Origin: a virus
Taxonomy: Duplodnaviria > Caudoviricetes
IMG/VR virus record: IMGVR_UViG_3300014775_001868
Coordinates: 3,061 to 67,060 of that record
Direction: 5' to 3' (one strand)
DNA length: 64,000 nucleotides
The position numbers were made by a program, and so were the translations under genes. Under the pieces are notes generated by a model. The model worked only from the letters and a program-made list of their open reading frames with translations, did no database searches and was not told where the DNA came from. Positions 39,809-47,748 of the stretch are shown piece by piece. Numbering within the stretch: the first letter of the stretch is position 1; every line of letters starts with the position of its first letter.

Positions 39809-40568
39809 TTATAAATTCAAGAATAAGATTTTTAGTATTTTCTAAATCTTGTTTAAAGAAATAGTTAGACATACCAAAAGACATAGGATAATTTTTAGTA
39901 TTAATTAAATTATCTAACATTTCTTCTTTTCTTTTCATACTTGCTTTAGATTTTAAAACAATAGCAACTTGTTTATAAATATTTTCATAATTTCCATTTA
40001 ATTTTTTAATTAAACCTCTCTCAATATTAATAGGATTTTCACACACTGTTACAGGATGTTGTTTATAAAAAAGAATTTTATTTCTATTAGCAAATATAGT
40101 TTCTGATTCTCCAAATAAAGATTTAATAGGATCAGAACCCGCTAATAAAATAGGAGTTTTAGGATTAAATAAAGTTAACTCTTTATCTAACCAAGTTTTT
40201 TTACATATTTGTCTATGTTTATCTTCTATTGTTATATTTCTTTTTTTACATTTAATTGCGTTAGTAAAATAAGTATATTTTTCAAACGGTTTAAATTTAT
40301 CATCTAATTCAGAACAATTATCAAAGATATATTTAAAACATCTTCTAATAAAAACACCAGCTGGAGTTTGATTATTTTTTCCTTTTCTATAAGTTTCAGG
40401 AGCTAAACTAAGATTATATTTTTCTTCAGCATTACCTGGATAAGAACTAATAACAATTAATTTAACTTGTTGAAAAGGAACTTCTGATTGTCCTGTTACA
40501 GATTTACCTGTAAATAAATTACATTTATTACATTTTCTATTTAAATCAAATTTGTAATAATAAGTCAT
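39795..40568 (-). CDS. uracil-DNA glycosylase family 4-like protein
   Basis: CNKC...TNAIKC...C (4Fe-4S pattern). Motif A reads SSYPG rather than GEAPG. Confidence 0.7.
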   Translation of the reverse strand: MTYYYKFDLNRKCNKCNLFTGKSVTGQSEVPFQQVKLIVISSYPGNAEEKYNLSLAPETYRKGKNNQTPAGVFIRRCFKYIFDNCSELDDKFKPFEKYTYFTNAIKCKKRNITIEDKHRQICKKTWLDKELTLFNPKTPILLAGSDPIKSLFGESETIFANRNKILFYKQHPVTVCENPINIERGLIKKLNGNYENIYKQVAIVLKSKASMKRKEEMLDNLINTKNYPMSFGMSNYFFKQDLENTKNLILEFINESI

Positions 40569-41737
40569 GATTGTTGAACAATACTATAAAAGAATAATCT
40601 TAATTTTAAATTATTAGATAATTCTTCTTCTATAACAAAATATAAAATAGGTTCATCATCTCCTTCTAACATTAATTTACATTGATAAATATCAATAATA
40701 GTAGATTCTTTATATTTAGTTAAATTAGTGGCAATATTTAAAATTGAATAATTAATATCACTTTCAATAAAGTCACCTACTTCAATACAATTAATTTTAG
40801 CAGGATCTTTACTTTCATTTCCTTTTATTAACAAAAATTCGCCATCTACTTGTAAATTAATAGAATCGGAAACTCCTAAATTAAAAGATTGAAATAATAA
40901 AGCTGATTCTAATTGATTCTGAGGAATAGATATTTGAGAGTTATTATTCTCTTCTTTTAATTCAATTAAAGAATTTACTGTTTGTAATTCTTCATTTCTA
41001 TATTCTGTATTTCTAATAATTACGATTCCTAATTCATCTTGAATATATAAACTATTTATATCTTCTAAGAAAGTAAAAATAGGATTATTGAAAGATTTAA
41101 TAAAATTAAATTTAGAACATTCTGCTGTTATAGCAAAATTATTCATATCAATTAAAGGTGAACTTTCATCTGTAGATGAACAAACACTATTTAAAGTGAA
41201 AAAAGAACTAACTTCAAATAAACCAGAAATATTTACTGTTTGATTTTTATGATTAAATTCAAATAATAATTGATTATTTTGATAAGGAATTTTCTTAGAA
41301 AGAATATTCCATTCATTAATTTTAAAAGTTGCTGGTATAGGAGTATTAAGTTCAATTAATCTCATATTTTCATGAGCTTCTTGATTATTATATAAATCTA
41401 ATACTACGGAACCATTTATTTCACTTTTAATATTTAAAGCATTATTAATAATAAATAAATTCAATCTTTCATCTTCTTTAAGAACCTTTCTTAATCTTTC
41501 TAATTGAAAAAATAAAATATAAAAATCATTATTTTCTTCTTGAGGTTTATTATTCGAAAGGATATCTACAAAAAAACATATTTGAAATTGTTGATTTTTT
41601 ACAGCTTCAATTAATAATTTATTTCCTCTAATAGAAAAGAGAATTGCTTTTTCATCATCTCTTGTTACTAAATCTTTAATAGGAATAACTTTTTGTAAAA
41701 CTCTATCAAACTCTTTAGAATTAATAATAATATCCAT
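40565..41737 (-). CDS. dnaN: sliding clamp, DnaN (beta)-like
   Basis: 390 aa; N-terminus MDIIINSKEFDRVLQKV...AILFSIRGNKLLIEA resembles the beta clamp; adjacent to the clamp loader. Confidence 0.6.
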   Translation of the reverse strand: MDIIINSKEFDRVLQKVIPIKDLVTRDDEKAILFSIRGNKLLIEAVKNQQFQICFFVDILSNNKPQEENNDFYILFFQLERLRKVLKEDERLNLFIINNALNIKSEINGSVVLDLYNNQEAHENMRLIELNTPIPATFKINEWNILSKKIPYQNNQLLFEFNHKNQTVNISGLFEVSSFFTLNSVCSSTDESSPLIDMNNFAITAECSKFNFIKSFNNPIFTFLEDINSLYIQDELGIVIIRNTEYRNEELQTVNSLIELKEENNNSQISIPQNQLESALLFQSFNLGVSDSINLQVDGEFLLIKGNESKDPAKINCIEVGDFIESDINYSILNIATNLTKYKESTIIDIYQCKLMLEGDDEPILYFVIEEELSNNLKLRLFFYSIVQQS

Positions 41738-41762
41738 AAGTATTTATTTCCTTTTTATTAAT

Positions 41763-41795
41763 AAAAAAATAGATCTCTATTTTAATTAGAGATCT
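41763..41795 (-). terminator. intrinsic terminator
   Basis: AGATCTCTA(41771-79)/TAGAGATCT(41787-95) stem; the A run at 41763-69 gives a U tail on the - strand. Confidence 0.65.
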
Positions 41796-41817
41796 TTAAT
41801 AATATATATATAATTTT

Positions 41818-42330
41818 TTAATTATCGTTATTATTTTCTTCTGAATCATCTTCAGGATTATCTGAAAAACAATCATTAATTAATTTTTTCATTTGTTCTA
41901 AATTAACACTTTCAGAAGAAGTATCAGTTGATAAAGATATTCGTTCAGATATTAATTTAATTAAATTAGTAATAAAAGTAATATTTTCAGAGAATTCTTG
42001 AATATTTTGATCTAAATCAGCATTAATACCAAAATAATAAATATAAGAAATAATTAAATTATTTAAATCTATTCCATGAGAGATATTAATAAAACCGATA
42101 TCAATTTGTTCTTCAATAGTTTTAAAGGCTTGAGCTTTAGTTAAATCTGTAATAGGAAGTTGAACTAATTCAATATCTATAGTTACAGTTTCTTGTAATT
42201 TATCTATTCTAACTGTTGTATTTTCATCTAAATAAAAAGAACACATAGATTTAAAAGCTTCTAAACTAAACATATCTTCTAATTTAGTTAAGATAGTTTT
42301 AGTTTTATTTATAAATTCATTATTATTCAT
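41818..42330 (-). CDS. hypothetical protein (possible YbjN/T3SS-chaperone fold)
   Basis: 170 aa; apparent alpha-beta3-alpha-beta2-alpha pattern; acidic. Confidence 0.3.
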   Translation of the reverse strand: MNNNEFINKTKTILTKLEDMFSLEAFKSMCSFYLDENTTVRIDKLQETVTIDIELVQLPITDLTKAQAFKTIEEQIDIGFINISHGIDLNNLIISYIYYFGINADLDQNIQEFSENITFITNLIKLISERISLSTDTSSESVNLEQMKKLINDCFSDNPEDDSEENNNDN

Positions 42331-42337
42331 AATTAAG

Positions 42338-43378
42338 TTAATGTTTCCAAAATTGAGACCATTCTACTTCAACTTTTGAAGGTAATTCAAAATTTAATTT
42401 TTGTTCAAATATATAATTCAAAGAATTTTCCATTTCTTGTTTAACTACAGTACCATAATCTAAAGCCATTTCAAATTCTTCTAATTCAGTACCTATACAA
42501 CCATTAGGAATATTAGAAGTTGAATAACGAGATTTATCTAATACAGTTTTTGGTAATTTAAAATCAGGATCTTTTTTATCTGAAATAAAATCTAATTTTA
42601 TAAAGCCAGGAACTATTACATTAATTTCATCATGACTAAGATTACATATTTCAGCTTTTCTATTATTTTTTAAAAGATGTTTATATTTTTGATTTAAGGA
42701 TTCAAATTTATCTAAAGTTAAATTAACAAAAGCTAATTTAGTAGCATCGCTACCACAGCCTTGTATTTTAGCATTAATACCTTTTCTAGCGGCTGTATTT
42801 ATATCTCCTAAACCTTTAGCATTAGTTTCAAAACAATTAATAATTCTTCCCATAGGAGTATAAGAAGTTCTTGTTCTTTTAATTATTTCTACATTAACAT
42901 CTAACCATTCTTTTAATTTCCAAAAACCATTAGGATAACTAAAATATTTATCTAATAGATCTTGAGAATCTTCTACTGATATATTTAATTGTTGAGCGAT
43001 ACCTTCAGCACTACCCAAAAAAATAACTCTAAAATTTAAAGTTTTACCTTTAGGTCTAAATTCTTTTACTAAAGGATGAGATTTATTACATAACCAAGGA
43101 GTTTCCTCATATAATTTTTTTAAATCTGGATGAAAATTAGAAGCAGCTACAATATGAGAATCACATTTAGGATCTTCATATTCTTTTCCATTAGGATCTA
43201 TTGGTTTAGGTATTTCTCCTGTTTCATATTTATGTTGAAGTCTATAGATATTAGCTAATACTTCATCTTGACTACAAGCAGCTGCAATATAACTTTCCAT
43301 AGCACTATAATCAGCAGATACCCAAGTATATCCTTTAGGTGCTTGAAATATATGTCTTAAAGAAATATTAGTTTTCAT
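42338..43378 (-). CDS. polA: DNA polymerase family A, C-terminal (catalytic) part
   Basis: Motif A ADYSAME, DSH, motif B RPKGKTLNF, NAKIQGCGSD, motif C SHDE. Confidence 0.9.
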   Translation of the reverse strand: MKTNISLRHIFQAPKGYTWVSADYSAMESYIAAACSQDEVLANIYRLQHKYETGEIPKPIDPNGKEYEDPKCDSHIVAASNFHPDLKKLYEETPWLCNKSHPLVKEFRPKGKTLNFRVIFLGSAEGIAQQLNISVEDSQDLLDKYFSYPNGFWKLKEWLDVNVEIIKRTRTSYTPMGRIINCFETNAKGLGDINTAARKGINAKIQGCGSDATKLAFVNLTLDKFESLNQKYKHLLKNNRKAEICNLSHDEINVIVPGFIKLDFISDKKDPDFKLPKTVLDKSRYSTSNIPNGCIGTELEEFEMALDYGTVVKQEMENSLNYIFEQKLNFELPSKVEVEWSQFWKH

Positions 43379-44658
43379 AAAATTTTAGCATTACAATTAC
43401 AAAATTCTTCTTCTGTTATTTCTACAACTACATTTCTTTTTGCTAAAGATTGAGCATTAAATTTACTAGCATCTTCAGTTCCTGAAGAACTACTCATTCT
43501 ACCAGTACTAGCACCAATAGTATTAAAATTTGGATGAATACATCCTGAAATAGGATTAATTAATTTATCCCAATTTTTATCTACTAGTTTAGATAAATTT
43601 TTATATAAAATAATATTAGAAATTAATTCTTTTTTTTTTGTATTATCTTCTAATAAATTTAATAAAGAAGAAAAAGTTTCAGCGGAAGTATCTTCAATTT
43701 CTAAAAGATCTTCTGTATCAAGATTTTTAAAATAATCATTAATCATTTTTTTTAATTGAATAGGACTATTCAAACTTTTAGTAACATCTTTTGATACAAA
43801 TTTAATTCTTTTAAAAATACCAGGTTTTATTTGAGTTACCTTTTGTCTTATTTCTAATTTAAATTCTTCTGCTATAGAAACTTTTAAATTTTCAATTTCA
43901 TTATTAGTATTAATCAATAATTTATCTAATACCGTTTTATTAATTGGCATTCCAATATATTCTACTTTAGATATAGCAGCCATTGTTTTTTGTTCTAATT
44001 CAAATATATCTTTCATATCATATTGATTAATTATTAAATCTTTTAAGATGTAATAACCTTCAATAAGATAACTTTTATGATTTGTATTTTTAATAGCACC
44101 TACATCTAAAGCAGCATATTGTAATTGAGATTCTGTTTTTGTTAAAGAAGCCCAATTGGAAGTACCTTCAGATTTGTCTAAATGAATCTTAAATAAATCT
44201 CTACAAAAAGCTTTATAATTAAATTTTCTAATTTTAGCGGCTTTAAATCCAGTAGCTCCAGATAAAAGCCATAAAGCTACTTGTACACAATGAGTATTTT
44301 TTAAAAAAATATTATAAGAAGACATTATTTGTTGAATATCAAATTTAGCATTAAATGCTATTACTAAATAATTAGAATTTATATATTCAACTATAGGTTT
44401 AGTTTTTTCAAAACCTAAGATACTAACATCTATAAGAATAGGAAAATCCCATTCTAGAGTCATTAATTGAATCATTTCTACTTTTGAAGTGTGTCTATCT
44501 AAAGCAGAACTATTTTCAATCTCTAAAATAGGAGCTGTTTCTGTATCTAATCCTATAATTTTTTCTTTTGTATTTTTTAATAAATCTAGAGTTTCTTTTA
44601 AATCTTTTTCATTTTTAACATAATTACATTTTATAAGATCAGTTTCTATTAAATTCAT
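43375..44658 (-). CDS. polA: DNA polymerase family A, N-terminal part (3'-5' exonuclease, thumb, start of palm)
   Basis: ExoI GLDTET, ExoII FNAKFD, ExoIII YAALDV; LNSPIQL; IHPNFNTIGASTGRMSS...NAQSL. Confidence 0.9.
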   Translation of the reverse strand: MNLIETDLIKCNYVKNEKDLKETLDLLKNTKEKIIGLDTETAPILEIENSSALDRHTSKVEMIQLMTLEWDFPILIDVSILGFEKTKPIVEYINSNYLVIAFNAKFDIQQIMSSYNIFLKNTHCVQVALWLLSGATGFKAAKIRKFNYKAFCRDLFKIHLDKSEGTSNWASLTKTESQLQYAALDVGAIKNTNHKSYLIEGYYILKDLIINQYDMKDIFELEQKTMAAISKVEYIGMPINKTVLDKLLINTNNEIENLKVSIAEEFKLEIRQKVTQIKPGIFKRIKFVSKDVTKSLNSPIQLKKMINDYFKNLDTEDLLEIEDTSAETFSSLLNLLEDNTKKKELISNIILYKNLSKLVDKNWDKLINPISGCIHPNFNTIGASTGRMSSSSGTEDASKFNAQSLAKRNVVVEITEEEFCNCNAKIL

Positions 44659-44660
44659 TT

Positions 44661-44846
44661 TTAAGTATTTTTAATTGTTTTAATATTTCTAGAATAATCT
44701 ATTCTAAATTGTGATTCACATTCAGAACACATATATTCTAAATCATTAATTTTAATTAAACTTGAATTTAAACAATTTAAACATTTATAAGATTTTAATT
44801 GTCTTAATTTTTTTCTATTTTCTAATTCATCATTCCAATGTTTCAT
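44661..44846 (-). CDS. small Zn-ribbon protein
   Basis: CLNC...CSEC in 61 aa. Confidence 0.6.
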   Translation of the reverse strand: MKHWNDELENRKKLRQLKSYKCLNCLNSSLIKINDLEYMCSECESQFRIDYSRNIKTIKNT

Positions 44847-44869
44847 TTTTTATAAATTTAATAATATAT

Positions 44870-45604
44870 TTAATCAATATTATCAACAGATCTAAGCGCA
44901 GCTAATATAGAAGATATCATAGGATTTCTTACAATATCATGATCATTAAAGAATATACTTTTCACATCAGGTAAATCATTTAAAGACATAGCTACTCTAC
45001 GACATAAATCTGATTTATTACTTTTATAAAAAAGATCTGATTGTTCTGGATCTCCTAATAATACCATTTTAGAAGAAGATTCAAATCTAGTTAAAATAGT
45101 TCTAAAAGCATGTAAAGTAAAATTTTCTATTTCATCTGCTATAACAATAGCATTTCTAAAACTTCTACCTCTTAAGTAAGTTAAAGTTTCGGTTTCTATT
45201 TTTGAAAATTCAAAAAGACTTTTTATTTCAGAATAAGACATTATATTTAATAATGCATCTATTAAAGGTTTAGCCAAAGGAGCTACTTTTTCTTCAAAGT
45301 CACCTTTCAAAGCACCTATTGATTGTTCATCTTTAGTAGGTACATTAGAACGTATATAAATTATTCTATTAAAATCATTAGAAGTATTATTAATTAAATG
45401 ACATGCTGTTTGAGCTGCTAATGTAGTTTTACCAGTACCAGCAGGTCCAATACAAAAAGTAATATTATTATGTAATATACTATTTTTAAATATTCTATGA
45501 TTTTCAGTAGCAGGTCTTATAAATCTTTCTGTTTTTATACAAGAAAAGGCAGCTGGAGATACAGCTGCCTGTTTCATATTTTGACGAGACTTTTTCTTAC
45601 TCAT
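44870..45604 (-). CDS. phoH: PhoH family ATPase
   Basis: GPAGTGKT, GALKGDFEEK, YLRGRSF, IADE, LTRF, LGDPEQSD, DIVRN. Confidence 0.95.
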   Translation of the reverse strand: MSKKKSRQNMKQAAVSPAAFSCIKTERFIRPATENHRIFKNSILHNNITFCIGPAGTGKTTLAAQTACHLINNTSNDFNRIIYIRSNVPTKDEQSIGALKGDFEEKVAPLAKPLIDALLNIMSYSEIKSLFEFSKIETETLTYLRGRSFRNAIVIADEIENFTLHAFRTILTRFESSSKMVLLGDPEQSDLFYKSNKSDLCRRVAMSLNDLPDVKSIFFNDHDIVRNPMISSILAALRSVDNID

Positions 45605-45679
45605 TATAGATAATAAAAAATTTAATAATTTATTACCTATAAATGATTATATATTTTTAAATATAAAAAGTAGTCATTT

Positions 45680-46084
45680 TTAATAAGAAGGTATTAAACC
45701 TTCTACTTCACCATCTTCCATCATTTCTTCTACTTCATCATCAAGAACTACAGCTTCATCTATTTCATCTAATTCATCTTCAAGTTCTTCAATTCCTTCT
45801 AGAACTTCGGTTTCAACATTATCAGGTACGATAACATTAAATTCAACACCTTGTTCCACTAAAGAATCAAAAGTACTTTTAGTCATAAAAGTTAAAACAG
45901 GTACTACATCTTCTTCAGGAACAGAAGAATTTACTTTTTGATTAAAAGTATTTACTTTATATTCAATACTTCCATCTCTTTTTCTTTTTACATGATTAAC
46001 TGGACCTACCTTAATGGATAATCCATTGGTAGCTTCTTTAGAATAAATAAGAAGATCGCCTTTGGCTAAAGTAGTATTAAACAT
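45680..46084 (-). CDS. hypothetical protein with strongly acidic C-terminus
   Basis: Start reassigned to ATG at 46084 (MFNTTLAKGD), just after the upstream stop; the ORF-track extension to 46216 overlaps the previous gene. Confidence 0.6.
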   Translation of the reverse strand: MFNTTLAKGDLLIYSKEATNGLSIKVGPVNHVKRKRDGSIEYKVNTFNQKVNSSVPEEDVVPVLTFMTKSTFDSLVEQGVEFNVIVPDNVETEVLEGIEELEDELDEIDEAVVLDDEVEEMMEDGEVEGLIPSY

Positions 46085-46085
46085 A

Positions 46086-46607
46086 TTAAGTATTACCTTT
46101 AGTTTCCTTTTTAGTTTCTGTTGATTTTGGTTTATTAGTTTTTGAACTTTTTGTAGTTTTTGAAGAACTACTTCTTTTTGGTGTAAGGGTTTGTGGTTCT
46201 TGGGGTTCAACTGCATTAATAAAGCCCCTTTTATTTTCTGGTGTAACTAAATTAACAGAAGGTTCTTTATAATAAGAACTTTCTTGTGGATTTAATGCTT
46301 CTATTGTATCACCATCTTCTAATTGTATCTTAGTATCTTTAGATTTATTTTCTAAAATAGATAAATCAGCTGGTTTATGTACTGGAATATCATTAAATGA
46401 AGTTTCAATAGTAGAAGAAGAATAATTATGAGGTGGTACTGTTTTTAATTTTGGAGAAGAATTAAAAGGTAAAAGTTCATTAATTACTTCATTCAAATTT
46501 TCTAAAGTATTTAATGTTGTAGTTTTTAAATTATTTAATTCTTCTAAATTTAATTTTTTTATTTCTTCTTTTGTCCAACCTTTTATATTTCGTTTTCTAT
46601 TAGTCAT
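46086..46607 (-). CDS. hypothetical protein, low-complexity Ser/Thr/Lys tail
   Basis: 173-aa ORF following recA. Confidence 0.55.
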   Translation of the reverse strand: MTNRKRNIKGWTKEEIKKLNLEELNNLKTTTLNTLENLNEVINELLPFNSSPKLKTVPPHNYSSSTIETSFNDIPVHKPADLSILENKSKDTKIQLEDGDTIEALNPQESSYYKEPSVNLVTPENKRGFINAVEPQEPQTLTPKRSSSSKTTKSSKTNKPKSTETKKETKGNT

Positions 46608-46610
46608 AAG

Positions 46611-47621
46611 TTATAGTAAAGATTTTACTTCTTGTGTTAATTGATTTTGAAATTCAATATTATTTCTAAGTTCTAATTTCATATTATCTTTTCCTTGTGT
46701 TTTTATTTCATTTTCTTCACCTTTTTTATAAAAATACCAAGCACCACTTCTTTGAATTAAATCCAATTGAATAGCTATATTTAATAAATCAGAAACAATA
46801 TCTATTCCAGCTATAATTTCTCCATTAGGAGTAGTAACACCAGAACAAATTTCAATATAACCTGTTCTCAATTTAGGACCTAATGAATTCTTTGTAACTT
46901 TAATTAAAGAAGTAGAAGAATCTATAGTATCTTTTTGTTTATCTCTTTTTAATTCAAGAATCATACTTGCATAAAAAGCGATTGCATTACCACTAGTTTT
47001 AACCGTACCACCACCATAAGAACTAATATTACTTCTTAATTGATTAATTAAAACAATAGTACATTTATTATTATCTGCGGTAGATGATATTTCTCTTAAT
47101 ACTCTAGAGTAAGCTTTAGCTACTATACCCATAGTATGTTCTTCCATAGATTTTTCTATTTCAGCTTTAGGTGCTAATGCAGCTACTGAATCTAAAACTA
47201 CCATCCCAAATTTATTAGAATTAATAGATTTTCTTAAAAAATCTAATCCATCTTCTAAATTTTTAGGTTCTTGTAATGCAAAATTATCTAAATCTAATCC
47301 TGATTGTTGTGCAAATCCAGGATCAAATTTACATTCAGCATCTAATAATAAAGGAGGTCTACCAGATTTTTGAACCGCTTTCATAAATTGAACAGCTAAA
47401 GTTGTTTTACCTGAACTTTCCCATCCAAATAATTCTATTATTTTACCTTCTGGAATACCTCCACCTAAACAATAATCTATAGTCATTACTCCTGTAGATA
47501 AAAAAGTAGGTAAAGGTTTCTCTTTATTAACTGTAATACCTTTATAATTAGGATTCTCCCTTAAAATAGATTTTTCAAAATTTTCTAATTCTGTTAATTC
47601 TTCTTGAGTATAATTTATCAT
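46611..47621 (-). CDS. recA: RecA/UvsX recombinase
   Basis: STG...LGGGIPEGKIIELFGWESSGKTT, LDAE, VLDSVAAL, INQLR, GNAIAFYAS, GAWY. Confidence 0.96.
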   Translation of the reverse strand: MINYTQEELTELENFEKSILRENPNYKGITVNKEKPLPTFLSTGVMTIDYCLGGGIPEGKIIELFGWESSGKTTLAVQFMKAVQKSGRPPLLLDAECKFDPGFAQQSGLDLDNFALQEPKNLEDGLDFLRKSINSNKFGMVVLDSVAALAPKAEIEKSMEEHTMGIVAKAYSRVLREISSTADNNKCTIVLINQLRSNISSYGGGTVKTSGNAIAFYASMILELKRDKQKDTIDSSTSLIKVTKNSLGPKLRTGYIEICSGVTTPNGEIIAGIDIVSDLLNIAIQLDLIQRSGAWYFYKKGEENEIKTQGKDNMKLELRNNIEFQNQLTQEVKSLL

Positions 47622-47640
47622 TTGTTTATAAATAAGAAAT

Positions 47641-47676
47641 AAAAAAAGGCTATATATAAAACTATATAACCTTTTT
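47641..47676 (-). terminator. intrinsic terminator
   Basis: The - strand reads GGTTATATA-gtttta-TATATAGCC (one G.U pair) followed by a T7 run. Confidence 0.6.
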
Positions 47677-47748
47677 ATATTTTTAATTGAAAGTTAATTT
47701 TTATTTTAATCTTCTATATTACAATCTGTATTCTTCTATATTATTAAA

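Noticed and set aside
43375-43450. Split intein or group I intron at the polA break
   Set aside because: Only a few residues separate the conserved motifs; there are no intein Cys/His-Asn ends and no room for an intron or homing endonuclease.
46085-46216. N-terminal extension of the 45680 ORF
   Set aside because: Overlaps the upstream gene by 131 bp in another frame; the ATG at 46084 follows the upstream stop cleanly.
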